In this document: positions 26,101 through 39,600 of the stretch, one piece after another
Layout of the letters: each line of letters opens with the position of its first letter
Numbering within the stretch: position 1 is the stretch's first letter
Assembly (NCBI GenBank): GCA_950097015.1
Contig: CATNEN010000001.1
Coordinates: 10,292,001 to 10,356,000 of the forward strand
Length of the DNA: 64,000 nt
Direction of reading: 5' to 3'
Source of the DNA: Macrostomum hystrix
Taxonomy: Eukaryota > Animalia > Platyhelminthes
The notes under the pieces: model-generated
The model's input: the letters and a program-made list of their open reading frames with translations, nothing else
What the model was told of the DNA's origin: nothing
Databases searched by the model: none
Program-made: the position numbers and the translations under genes

Positions 26101-26558
26101 TCACAGAACAGTGAGTGACTAAATTAGAGTGACAGAACAGTGAGTGCCTGAATTAGAGTGACAGAACAGTGAGTGACTATATTAGAGTGACAGAACAGTG
26201 GTGACTGTACAAGCACGTGCTCAATCAGGGCGAGTACATCGACGTGACCCTTGGCGCCACGCTGTGCATCAGCACCCTGGCAGCGGCCGCCATCGGCAAC
26301 TGGATCTCGGACCTGGCCGGGCTGAGTCTGGCTGGCTGGGTGGAGTCCATGACCAGCAGGCTGGGATTCGAGACGCCAAGGCTGACGCCGGAGCAGTTGG
26401 ATCTGCGATCGACCCGGTGGGCCACCGTGATTGGCCGCAGCTTGGGCATCAGTCTCGGCTGCTTCCTGGGCATGCTGCCGCTGCTGTTCTTTGACGACGA
26501 CGAGGACGAGGAACAAAATGAAGAAGACCAGCTGACTGAGAAGGGAAGAAAGAAATAA
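23130..26558 (+). CDS. TMEM65: TMEM65 mitochondrial inner-membrane protein
   Basis: Exons 23130-23376, 23817-23915, 24003-24070, 26229-26558. Transit-like N-terminus, PPTRDQLR, AIPFVGFGFFDNAIMIMAGEYID, ISTLAAAAIGNWISD, GISLGCFLGMLPLLF. Confidence 0.93.
23390..23781. mobile_element. Second, 3'-truncated copy of the CCC-ended MITE in TMEM65 intron 1
   Basis: Near-identical to 16784-17202. Confidence 0.8.
24155..26210. repeat. 28-bp minisatellite (TGACTGTATTAGAGTGACAGAACAATAA)n in TMEM65 intron 3
   Basis: About 70 units, switching to a variant unit after ~25960. Confidence 0.97.
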
Positions 26559-26694
26559 AGTTATAATCTAATCTCTAATCTCTTGGATATGATCCTTCGA
26601 GTATCATGCCAGATCCCTAAAATTGAGTTCCAGCGGGCCTAGATCCCGATATAGATCCTAAGATTCCTTTGGTTTAATCCCAAATATCAAGAGC

Positions 26695-27732
26695 ATGATC
26701 CTAGACATGTCTAATCCCTTGGATATGATACCAATCATGTCTAATCCCTAGGATGTGATCCCAATCATGTCTAATCCCTAGGATGTGATCCCAATCATGT
26801 CTAATCCCTAGGATGTGATCCCAATCATGTCTAATCCCTAGGATGTGATCCCAATTCTGTCTAATCCCTAGGATGTGATCCCAATCATGTCTAATCCCTA
26901 GGATGTGATCCCAATCATGTCTAATCCCTAGGATGTGATCCCAATCATGTCTAATCCCTAGGATGTGATCCCAATCATGTCTAATCCCTAGGATGTGATC
27001 CCAATCATGTCTAATCCCTAGGATGTGATCCCAATCATGTCTAATCCCTAGGATGTGATCCCAATCATGTCTAATCCCTAGGATGTGATCCCAATCATGT
27101 CTAATCCCTAGGATGTGATCCCAATCATGTCTAATCCCTAGGATGTGATCCCAATTCTGTCTAATCCCTAGGATGTGATCCCAATCATGTCTAATCCCTA
27201 GGATGTGATCCCAATCATGTCTAATCCCTAGGATGTGATCCCAATCATGTCTAATCCCTAGGATGTGATCCCAATCATGTCTAATCCCTAGGATGTGATC
27301 CCAATCATGTCTAATCCCTAGGATGTGATCCCAATCATGTCTAATCCCTTGGATATGATACCAATCATGTCTAATCCCTAGGATGTGATCCCAATCATGT
27401 CTATTCCCTAGGATGTGATCCCAATCATGTCTAATCCCTAGGATGTGATCCCAATTATGTCTAATCCCTAGGATGTGATCCCAATCATGTCTAATCCCTA
27501 GGATGTGATCCCAATCATGTCTAATCCCTTGGATATGATACCAATCATGTCTAATCCCTAGGATGTGATCCCAATCATGTCTAATCCCTAGGATGTGATC
27601 CCAATCATGTCTAATCCCTAGGATGTGATCTCAATCATGTCTAATCCCTAGGATGTGATCCCAGTCATGTTTAATTCCTAGGATATGATTTGAGTCATGT
27701 CAGATCCCTAAGATGTTATCTGAGTCATGTCG
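26695..27732. repeat. 30-bp minisatellite (CTAATCCCTAGGATGTGATCCCAATCATGT)n
   Basis: Highly homogeneous tandem units. Confidence 0.97.
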
Positions 27733-27994
27733 TGATTCGAGAAACTGCAGCAAATCTTATATTAGTCTCTTCATTTATTGTTACTTTTTTGCCGTAGTGC
27801 GCACAAAGTTTTTGTTTGATTTGATTTGCTTTGCAGAGCATGACATCTTAATGATAGTATGCTAAAGATCTTTTAGTTCTATTACTTTTAGATACGCACT
27901 TAGCCAATCAAAAGGGCCAAGATTGATTTATTGAAATTCGTCATTTTTAGAAATTTGAGCCATGGACAAGTTACAAATCATGTTACATGTTGTA

Positions 27995-28570
27995 ACGTTA
28001 CAAGTAACGATAGCGATAACGTAACGATAGCAAGTTATTATAGTTACAAGATAACGATAGTTACAAGTAACGATAGTTACAAGTAATGATAGTTACAAGT
28101 AACGATAGTTACAAGTAACGATAGTTACAAGTAACGATAGTTACAAGATAACGATAGTTACAAGATAACGATAGTTACAAGTAACGATAGTTACAAGTAA
28201 CGATAGTTACAAGTAACGATAGTTACAAGTAACGATAGTTACAAGTAACGATAGTTACAAGTAACGATAGTTACAAGTAACGATAGTTACAAGTAACGAT
28301 AGTTACAAGATAACGATAGTTACAAGTAACGATAGTTACAAGTAACGATAGTTACAAGTAACGATAGTTACAAGTAACGATAGTTACAAGTAACGATAGT
28401 TACAAGTAACGATAGTTACAAGTAACGATAGTTGCAATTAATGATAGTTACAATTAACGATAGTTACAATTAACGAGTTACAAGTAACGATTGTTACAAG
28501 TAACGGTACAATCAAGTAACGATAAATACAAGTAACGGTACATACAAGTAACGATTCTTACAAGTAAACT
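27995..28570. repeat. 16-bp minisatellite (GTTACAAGTAACGATA)n
   Basis: Tandem units containing the mini-hairpin GTTAC-AA-GTAAC. Confidence 0.95.
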
Positions 28571-29966
28571 AACGATTCTCTAAATTTGGGCAATCATAAT
28601 CTTCAATACTTTTTAAAGCGTTAGTTTTTGCTATTTAATGAGCTTATAGAGAATAGATTTCAGGCAGTGTCTCAACTTGCAATCTAGTCCCTTCCATGAT
28701 AATACAGTATAATTTGCTAGTAGTTTCGAGTTTACAAATTACAAATTTCTTTTATCCTCGATTTTACTATAAGTATTTAGTATTTTAATTCTAATCTGCG
28801 TCATTAGAAACAGCGTCAATCGGTTACCATGTCGATTGATGGCATCTTTACATGCTACTGATTAGTCATATGAGTAGCATGTTTAGACTTGAACACTGTC
28901 TGTGCCTTAGCCATTGTTTTGAAAGTTTTTAATTGATTAACTTTTTTGTTAGTTCTAATTTAATTGTTGCCTCTGAAATTTCTGCAATTTTAATCACATT
29001 GGCGTATTGAGATTTAGAAGTCTTGTTTAGTTAGATTTCTAAATAAAAAAATTGTCAACTATTTCAAAGGTTTCGTTCAAGGCAATATGATTAATTTAGG
29101 CTTAGAAATTCATTTAGCTTTATTAACCTCAATTTTTAGTTCAAAAAGAACAAAAGAAAGTGCTGTGTCTACATCTCCACTATGCGTGGGTCACAATGGG
29201 CCCAAGTACTTCCTTTTGTTCTGATGACGTTATTCCGAAATTCCTTAGAGAGAATAAATGTTGTATTATTCTTGTTATTTTACCATGTTTTATTAGTCGA
29301 TTCTATTAAAACTAAGTAATGAATGTCTTTGTTTCACTCTTGCTTTTATTTGTTATATCACGGTCGTTAGCTCGAATCCGCGCGTCAAGGCCGCATTCGT
29401 TTGTGGCGAGTTTCACATTTCAAATGAGAGAAATTAAAGTGCATCGTGTTTTATAAGAAACTCCTAATGTATATTTTCCATCGAAATTCACTAGTTAAAA
29501 TATTCGGAAAGTCGCGTTGCTGATCTGGTAAGGCTTCAAAGGCTCTATGGATTTCAAAAAGTACAACAAAACTGGCGTAGAACCGATTTAATAGCTTAGG
29601 TCGGCTAATTAAAAGCTGACAAAAGTGCAAAGTCTATAAGTAGGCAGAAACAATGGGGCAAGTAATCCTGTGTGAAGATATAGGTAGTCATATTTCGCAC
29701 ATCTCTGTTGAACGGTGTTAGACACGAGCTGCGAACAGTCCCGGTGAAAACGGTGCCGATATTGAAGGGATCATTCAACTGCAGTAGGGAAGACTACGGG
29801 CGAATTTCAAACACCCACTGCCTACTTGACGATAGCTCCCAAACCGAATGACAGTCGAGTTATTCAGCGATTCTTGTCAAAGACCCTGGTGACGGGCAAC
29901 TGACATTGCTGTGCGAATCCATATTGGTTAAAAGAATTACAATATAATCAACAGTAATTGCCGACA

Positions 29967-30332
29967 TTATAATAATAATAATAATTACAGGAGGGCTGCG
30001 GGCAATGGCACATCATTTGGTGACACTAGACCCGCAGCAGCGAGGAGGCAATTCTGCCCAATTCGCTGACTCCTGAGCACACAGGCACGCAGATACCGTG
30101 CGCAGGCACACGCTCACACAGGTGTGAACATCTGCCCTGAATTTATCATTGTCAGGCAGTGTACACTCTCACTGTGCCTTGGAGGTTGGCCCTCAAGGGC
30201 GTGAATTGCACGACAAGCCCCCAAGCCTTCTCTCCGCGGCTGCGCCCCAAAAAATGTGGCCTCGCCGTGGAATCGAGCTCAGGGACCTCGGTGCGAGAGG
30301 CAAACGCGTTAACCGCTCTGCCACCGAACCCC
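29967..30332 (-). mobile_element. Full-length tRNA-derived SINE family A (~365 bp)
   Basis: Minus strand: GGGGTTCGGTGGCAGAGCGGTTAACGCG...GAGCTCGATTCC (Pol III A/B boxes), conserved body, (ATT)n tail. At least four copies in the window. Confidence 0.85.
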
Positions 30333-30695
30333 TTAATCGCTGACATGGTTCCATATTGATATTTTGTGAGCAAAAAAATTATGCTCATATTTGCGGTTTT
30401 TGCCAACAGACACCCCGACGAGAATTGCTGAACATCTCGAAGATGTCGATGTTTTGTGATTCTGGAAGTTGTCTCATCTGATAGAGTGGAGATTCTAGCC
30501 CGTGTTCTGGATGTTCATGGCGACTGCTACTGTCGTTTGCATTCGATTTTTTAAAGTCTTTTTTAAACCGGAACCGCTTCAAGAAGCATTCTAAAGCGAC
30601 TTCAGACCTCGGTATCGTTTCTTATCGGGAGCCAGCAGTTCAATGTGCGATACAAAGAAATACATAGAAACAGTGAAAAAGTGAAGTCAAATGTG

Positions 30696-33600
30696 TCAGG
30701 TAGCAATTGTGAACACATTGGGTGGCGCAGGTTTCGTAGGCTTGGCATGCCGCAGCGAGACGCTGGAGCCGTAGTCCAACTGACTCGGCGCGCCCGGCAT
30801 GTTGGCGATGTTTCTGCCGGCCATGGCCATGGCGTTCTCTGTCACCTGCTTGAAGGCCAGCTGGGCCTTGTGCCGGCGCCAAGCGCGCTGTAGAGTCTTG
30901 GCCGCAATGTCCTCCTTCTTGCGCCGCATTGTGGTCGAGATGGCCACGGTTCGCACTCTGGTGGGGAATGTGTCGCGGAATTTCTTTTCGATTTCGTTCA
31001 TGGTGTCGCGGAACTGGTCCGAGTCTTCAATGTCGCCGAGTACATTGCGCACCAGAGAGACCAGGATGTCCAGGCAGTGCAGCTTGTCGCCCTCGACGAT
31101 GGCGATGTCGAAGGAGGTCAGCGCGATGATGTTGGGTTTCGGTAGGCCCAACGGCTCTTCCAATTCAGCCACGAAGTCGGACAGCAGGTCGTATTTGATG
31201 TACTGCGAAGCGTGCGGATCATAGCGCTCCCAGACCTGGTAGAACATTTCAAAGTCATCCTCGGTGATGCCAACCTCCTCCTGCTCATGCGCCTGGCTGA
31301 AGTTCTCCAGAATGATGGCGATGTACAGGTTAATGACGATCATTCGCGTGAAGAACACGAAGGTGACCATGTAGATGATGGCCAACTCTGGTATAGAACA
31401 ATTGCCATTGCTGGACTCCTTAGCCACTCCGTTGCGAATGATGTGGGTGCTGTTGCAGTTTGGTGGCTTCACCATCAGGCCATCAAGGATGTCATTCCAG
31501 CCGGCGCTGGTTATCAAGCGGAACAGCAGCACCATGCTTCGGCCAAACGTCTCGAAGTTGACGAGATCGTTGATGGCATTGTTGTGAATGACGTTGCCCC
31601 AGAGGCTCATGCCGACGATGGCATAGATGAACACCACCAGTGCCAGGAGCGCGCCGATGTTGAACAGCGCCGGCAGGGAGATGATCAAAGCGAACAGCAG
31701 CTGACGGATGCCTTTGGCCGCTTTGATTAGGCGCAGGACTCGACCAATGCGAAAGATGCGAACCACTCGCAGCAGGGTTGGCTGGACGAAAGCGTTGCTC
31801 ACGGCGTCACTCAAGATGGCGCCTGGATATGAAAATTGTTGTCACAATGAATGAAGATTTTTGCAACCTAGAAATGCTCAAGAATTCCCATATATGGCAT
31901 TCCACTCACCAACAATGCTGAGAATGACAATAACAAAGTCGAACACATTCCAGGCGAAGCGGAAATAGTGCCAACGGAGACCGATAATCTTGATGATGGC
32001 TTCCACTGTGAACACGGCCGTGAATAGGATGTTGATCAGGTCCAAGCACTGTCCGATTGCCGGCTGCTGCTTGTAGTGATCCACCATCATGGCCACCATG
32101 TTTAAGAAGATCAGGATGACGATGACAAGCTCGAACTTGCTGCTCATGGCCACGTCAAAGAAAAAATCTTGGAAGCGATTCTGCGAGGCAACGAATAAAT
32201 AGTTCTTAATTACAAAGTAGCATAATTGGACTTTTGTTCTCTAATGGAAAAATGGCACATACCTTTGGTCGTTGCACAGTCTTCTGTGGCTTCTTTTTGC
32301 CCAACTTGCGCATTGTGTGATAGTAGCTTCTCTGGCTTGGTGTTAAGAAGATCTCCAACACGTTCTCCTTCTGAAATGGTTTAGTATTGAATGCGAGAAA
32401 GCCTGCATAGAAAGTGCACTTTGATCACAAAGCCGACGCAATTAATTTACCTTTCGTTTCAATGAGTAGAAATTGTCGATGATGACACCAATGAACAGAT
32501 TGAGTGTGAAGAAGGCTCCGACAATGATGAAGATGATGAAGTAGAAATAATAGCCCATTGATGCTTCCCTCTTCGGCTGCTGATCGACGCTCATGGAGTC
32601 GACGCCTGACTTCATCAGCTCCATCCAGCCTTCGAATGTGGCCTGCGTGAATAACGAATTTTGATTAATAATCATGTTGCTAGCTGCTTTGTTTGTTTGC
32701 TGTGAGTTGTCTAATCATCCACCCACATCTTTTGAGCAAGGCCTCCAACTCAAATGACCAAATAACCTAACCTAACTAAATCAGCAAGCGAATTATACGA
32801 CAATAATAACGCCAAAGTTAGGCGGCAGAAGTCATGCTTCAAGGTCTGGACGCGCACAATGGCAAGGCCTTCGGCAGTGTCCGGGGCGCCAGCGTCGGCT
32901 AAGAGGCAGTCGACGTTCCGCGACGACTTGACGCTCCAGCGCCTCCGTCAGGGTTCATTTTTCGGCGTTGTAAAGCAGGGCGATCTCGACCACCGCCTGG
33001 ACCAGCGCCGCTCTCTGGCGGTCAGGACTGCGGACTGCAGGATAATTCTCACAGAGCGGAAGGCTGCTCAGGCGAGCCCGCGGCACCAGACCGCTGACAG
33101 CGCGGTAGTCCTGTCAACTGCCTATCGGCGCCTTGGCAAAAGGTCGCGCTCTCGGTGTCGCTTGGCACGCAGAGCACGACGGTCTTCTGTGTGTCCACAG
33201 CTTGTCCAGCTGCCGCTGGGCGCCCTCGACAGTCTAGGAATAACTATCGCCCCTAACTATCAAAATCTAAAAACTCCGAGAGCTCAAACAATCAACGCTA
33301 AGCGACAGAAACACCAAATAGCAACCCACCCTGTACTAATATAAATCCGATGCCCAACAAAAAGCATCAGCTACCCGAACGTTTATCAAACCCATCCATT
33401 CATCTAACTGGTGACCCCGATACTCACGAGTTGAAACAAAGCCACGTAACCAATGAAGACGTTGTCAAAGTTGATGTTGGTATTCCTCCATGTATAGCCG
33501 GTTGTGTTCTCGCATTGGGACTTATTCTGCACTTCGGTGTAGCTCAACTGGTTGCCACCCGAGTCCTGGCAATAGTAGAACTTTCCCTTGAAGAATTGAA

Positions 33601-36600
33601 CTCCGGTGATGCTGAAGATTAGCCAGAATACCATGCAGACCAGCAGCACATTGCCGATTGAGGGCACGGCCTTCACCAGGCAGTTTACTACGATCTGTTC
33701 AGGGAAAACGAACGACTGGGGTCAGTTTGGCATTTCGGTTCAGTGTCCTAGCATGAGACTTCTGAATTTAACAGGACAAAGACTTTGGATTCACCAAAGA
33801 AGTTTAAACAAGTCGTCGACTTGTTTATGGTGGGTATGGTGGACTTTCACGAAAGTCGGTCAGTGGGTCAGGTGTGGTCTTTCTACTTTTAAGTAAGTTA
33901 ATCGTGACAGTTCTAAGTAGTTATTGTGGGCTATAAGGTCTAAGTTAAATAGAGACATCTTTCGAAGAGAGTACGATGCTCACCTTCATGCCCTCCCATC
34001 GGCTAACAGTTCTCAAAGGACGGAACGCTCTCAAAGCTCTCAGCACTCGCAGTGCACTAATCTGGCTGGAGTTGGTGGTCAATGCGCCAATCATCAGGTC
34101 AGCAATGGAGATCTGAAGAAATATTGATTATTAGTTTTTACATGAGTTAATTAATTATTTACTGTCAAAACTATCTCTGCTGCACATACCGTAACAATGA
34201 TGCAATCGAGTATGGTCCAGAATTCGCTGAAGTATCTCTTCATTCCCATTGAGATCCATTTCATCACCATTTCAATGCAGAAGGCAGTTGTGAACACAAT
34301 GTCCAAGTAGCCTAGAACCGACTTCAGTGTTGGCTGATCGTCTAAGTAGATGTCTTCGAAGCACTGAAAAGTTTTCAGAAAACGGTCCCTAAGTTCGATT
34401 CCACGGCGAGGCCACATTCATTTGGGGCGCAGCCGCGGAGAGAAGGCTTGGGGGCTTGTCGTGCAATTTACGCCCTTGAGGGCCAACCTCCAAGGCACAG
34501 TTAAGTGTACACTGCCTGACGATGAGAAAGTCAGGGCAGATGCACACACCTGTGTGAGCGTATGCCTGCGTACAGTATCTGTGAGCGTCTGTGCTCAGGA
34601 GTCCGCGAAATGGGCAGAATTGCCTCCTCGCTGGCTGCGGGTCTAGTGCTGTTAAATGATGTGCCATTGCCCACAGCCCTCCTGCAATTGTTTTTATTTT
34701 TATTAAGAATAATATTTGATTACACCTGCCCAAATTGGGCCAGATGCGCAGCCGACAGCACAGCCACAGCGATTAATCGGCGCATCTGAAGGCTGCGTAC
34801 AGCTCTTCAGTCCATGGACTGGGGGGACGCCACTCCCACCCGCAGTTACCCCAGCTAATGCTGGTTCCCGTTTCATTGATGGGTGAACTGAAGCAATTCA
34901 GGTTAATTACATTGCTAAATAACTAAATTTGTTTCAGCAGAGTCAGGAATCGAACCCCCGAACTTCCAGAACCCGCTGTGTAGCCTTGGATCAAGATGAA
35001 TGTATCAGAGGCCACTGTCTGAGCAGCTGGTGAAGAGAGAATAAACAAATTAGTGCTCACCAAACAGATCGAGCTGGCAAAGATGATGCAGAGAATCACG
35101 CCTTCGAAGGCTTTGTGCGAAGTGACCTTCAACACGCCCTCGCGCATCCTCGTCCAGCGGTAGCCGTGCGGTGTGTCCGGCAGGCAGAGGCAGCAGGCGC
35201 AGCATTCGCACTTGGCCCCCGGCTTGCATGGGTTCAGGCACTTCGGGCAGCAGCAGTCCTGCAGTTTGGCGTCTTCGTCAACGTCGTCACCCTCGCCGTC
35301 TGTCTCGCCCTCCTTGCCGTCGACCCCGGCAGCGGGCTGATCGACTATGACGCCGTCCGGGCCGTCCTTCTTGTGGGCACGTCTGTGACGATGCCGTCTG
35401 TGCTTCTTTTTGCCGCGTTGCTGATGCTCGGGACCTGCTTCTGAAGGCAGTGAGTTGGATCGATTGAAGTTGAAAACGCAACAGATTAACGGCCTAGCCA
35501 TCCGACTTAATGCATAAGGCAAGCTTTTGCTCGTAAACCAATCAACAACTCAACCTTTTTGGACCAATAAAGTTTGTTATACAATCAAACTTCTTGGCTA
35601 CTTCTACAGAATTTTGGATTTACGTTCTTTGACTAGTGAGTACTTACGAGTGACGAGTGACTTACTTACTCGTACTTCATTTTTTATCTAACGAGAAGAT
35701 CACGGGAGTATTTTAAATGTCTACATTCTTCTGTATTTCCCAAAATGCTCAACCAATCTCAATAAAATGCAGAACACGTCTAAAACTTTCTGCTTAATCT
35801 GATTTAACAACTTCCTAAATCTCAAAACATCGTCGAGATATTCAAGGATTCTCGTCTCGTCGGAGTGTCTGGTTGCAAGAAACACCAATATAGGCATATT
35901 TTTTCTGCTCACAAAGTTTCGTCATGTAACCATGGCTATCATTGTGGTCTATTTTGAATTGATCGAATTGTTATTTTTCATTTTTGAACCAATATGGATT
36001 CGCCATAGAGGCTAATGCAGAGCAATGTTACTTGTCCTTGTCAACAGGGTCTTCGACAAGATTCGCTGAATGTCTCGACAATGCTGAGGTCGGACGGCTT
36101 TGAAAATAACTTCATCATAAAGTGTTTTGATCCATGTCGTTGACTTTCACGAAAATCGATCATTGGGTTTGGGAGCCATCGAGAAGTAGGCATTTGAAAT
36201 GTCCCGTGGATTTCTATTGTTAAAGATTATTTCAAATTTAAGAAACTCAAGATTAGTTTTACTACCAAAACAAAGAATTGTTAGAGCTCGTTGACTCACT
36301 GGACACTCCTGGCGGTGTGTTCTCACTGCCAAGGGCGCTGTCCTGATCTGCGCTGGACTTGCCAGCTCCTGCGGCGGCGGCGGCGGCGGCCGGAGTCGTC
36401 GCACTCCCCGCACCTGCCGCGGTTGCTGCACCGTCTTGCCCAGTCGCCGCCTCGTCTCCCGCCTTTCCCTTGCCGCCCTTCTGCTTTTTCTTGTCCTTCT
36501 TGTCCTTCTTCTTTCTCTCCGGGCAGCAGCAGCAGCAGTACCGTCGGATGCGGCCCAGAGCGATTGACAGCTTCGACGCCTCTTGATCGCTATCGTCCTT

Positions 36601-39600
36601 GCCAAGCTTGTCGTTGCTGAACGAGTTGAGCAGCAAAGCGAGGAAGAGATTCAAGACCTGAAATGTTATCGGTTATGAAGAAATACTTTAAGTAGTGATT
36701 TTGGTAGCAATGATGCTGTAGGTTGTACCACACAAGGACCACTAGGAGTAGATGGACGGGTAAGAACGTTTCTTAGAAAAAGTCCTGCTGTAGCTTAAAA
36801 GTACATCACGGAGATAAAAAAAGTTTCACTTTTCTGCCTAAATTTAGTAACTGTGTTTGATTTAAGGCTCAAAATTTTTATATTTATACTCCTAGTTTCG
36901 TTTTTTTTGTTAAGCTTTGAAGCTCAATTTGTGAAAGCATCGATTTCATATGTTTCCTTTTTCTTTTTTAATGCCAAAAACTGCATTAAGCTCATAAAAC
37001 AACAGAACAACTCAGAAAATAACATTTTATATTCTCCATTCTATGATCAGTGATCGTGTTAATTAATTTATTAATAAACATGCTACGAGCTTACATTACT
37101 CTTTCTTGTGTTTTAGTTAATATCCTGGTAACTGGTAAAGTAAACATTTTAGGAATGAAGATTTGTAAAACTCGTTGGAGCAACATGTTTATCAAGAGGA
37201 AAGAACGATCGTCATTTAAATATTTGCAATATAAGAGTATTTCATATCGGGTAAAATGAAATACTAATTTTTTTAAAATAATTTAATAAATTGAATAACC
37301 GTACGATTAACTAATGAAATAGTACTCCTTAATTATTCTTCTCGGTATTGTATTTTCCGGAATTAAACTGTTTCCGATCCAATTTCTAAGAAACGTAGTT
37401 TACCGGCTCCTCGATCCTCATATTGTTTGTCATTGGTAGCATGGTGGCTAGTGCTTTGAAATAATGACCGAAAACTTCTGACGGTGACAAACTCAACAGT
37501 TATTCGTTGCATTTGACATAGTAATGATGAGATAGACTCACCATAAAGTTTCCCAGAATGAGTGTCGGAAAGAATACAACAGTGCACAGTTCGCCATTGG
37601 CTCGCATGCAATCCCACAGGGCCTCAATCCATTCGCCGCAAAGGATGCGAAATACCATCAGCATGCTGTGCGCGAAGTCTTCAAAGTTCCATCTGGGCAC
37701 GTTGCCGCTGCCGAACACGGCCTCTGTATAAGTGTTGTCAAACAATTGCATGCCAATCACCGCGAAGATGAAAATTATGATGAACAATATTAATGTCAGA
37801 TTTCCGACAGCTCCAATCGCTGAGAAGATGATCAGAAGTAGTTTGCGCATTGTTACCCACGACTGGGCCAAACGGAATACTCGGAACTAAAATGGGAATT
37901 CATTTTTGTCTAAATTGAGGACTTAAAAGTAACTGTAGCAGACCTCTCTTACCCAAAGCTTGACTCTCATTGGCTGAGAGACTGTTACAAACCTCTTTTA
38001 CCCAAGCTTGACTCTCATTGGCTGAGAGACTCTTACTGACCTCTCTTACCCATAGCTTTCTTCTCATTGGCAGAGAGACTATTACAAACCTCTCTTACCC
38101 AAGCTTGACTCTCATTGGCTGAGATACTGTTACAAACCTCTTTTACCCAAGCTTGACTCTCATTGGCTGAGAGACTCTTACTGACCTCTCTTACCCATAG
38201 CTTGCTTCTCATTGGCAGAGAGACTGTTACAAACCTCTCTTACCCAAGCTTGACTCTCATTGGCTGAGAGACAGCTACAAGCCTCTCTTACTTAAACTTT
38301 TACTCTCATTGGCTGGGACACATTCTCTAACACAAATCTGATTGGGCAAAATAGCTCGCAATATTACGAGCGTATTTTGCTCTTATAACCCAAGCTGTCA
38401 CGCAAATCCCTTTTCTTACCAATCGAAACGTTCTAAAAATGGACAGGCCGTCAATGTCCTGCACCATGAGGTCGACGAGGCTAGCAATGACCACAACCAG
38501 GTCAAAAATGTTCCAGCCGGACATGAAATATTCCTTAGTCATGCACAGGATTTTCAGAAAGGCCTCCAGCGTAAAGATGATAGTAAAAACCTGCGCAGTT
38601 GGAACGATTGAATTTGATTTAGAAAAATTTAAAGCGAAAAAACAGTTGATTAGTGCCCACCATATTAATCCAATCTAGCGCGCTAGAATAAGCGGCAGGC
38701 ATTGGATAATACTCGCTAGCCATGAAGGCCGTATTTGCCACAATGCAGAACGTGATAAATAGATCGAAAAATGGATCCTGGACGAAGGTGAATAGACCGT
38801 TCTGGAATTTAATCCAGCGCATGTAGTTCTTGCAGCAGCTACCGCAGCAGGGACAGTTCCTATCCACGTACTCCTTGCCATCATCTGCAAGCGGACATTT
38901 CACGCAGAAGGGTTTTTCATTTTAAACTATTTTAAATGAAAGCGTGTGTCAATAATAAACTCACCATCGACTATGATGACCGGCTTCTTATCATCGTCGT
39001 CGTCTTTGTCATCTAGCTGGAGCTCCGTGGTGATGTCGTGGCCGGCCTCCTGTCCAACAGCTGCCTCCTGCGGCTCAACGATTTCCTGTCGAGATGTAGT
39101 TAGACAAGAGAGAATCATTTTGATTAATTGACTTGTATGGACAGTTTGAAACAGTCAGTTAGACAGGTGAAACAGTCAGTTAGACAGGTGAAACAGTCAG
39201 TTAGACAGGTGAAACAGTCAGTTAGACAGGTGAAACTGTCAGTTAAACAGGTGAAACAGTCAGTTAGACAGGTGAAGCAGTCAGTTAGACAGGTGAAACA
39301 GTCAGTTAGACAGGTGAAACAGTCAGTTAGACAGGTGAAACAGTCACTTAGACAGGTGAAACAGTCAGTTAGACAGGTGAAGCAGTCAGTTAGACAGGTG
39401 AAACAGTCAGTTAGACAGGTGAAACAGTCAGTTAGACAGGTGAAGCAGTCAGTTAGACAGGTGAAACAGTCAGTTAGACAGGTGAAACAGTCAGTTAGAC
39501 AGGTGAAACAGTCAGTTAGACAGGTGAAACAGTCAGTTAGACAGGTGAAACAGTCAGTCAGACAGGTGAAACAGTCAGTTAGACAGGTGAAACAGTCAGT

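Noticed and set aside
24155-26210. CRISPR-like appearance of the 28-32 bp repeat arrays
   Set aside because: Units are directly adjacent with no unique spacers, there are no cas genes, and the context is a eukaryotic intron or spacer.
30255-30332. tRNA gene
   Set aside because: It has A/B boxes but continues into a multi-copy body with an (ATT)n tail, and I see no clean acceptor stem. It is a SINE head.
30799-31730. Antisense ORFs over Nav and cGLR-like exons
   Set aside because: Shadow frames of GC-rich coding sequence with no independent motifs.
34505-34545. Hammerhead ribozyme in SINE A or its derived array (CTGACGA...GAAA)
   Set aside because: Only 3 nt lie between CTGACGA and GAAA, so there is no helix II, and no proper helix III/NUH. 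It folds as a simple hairpin.
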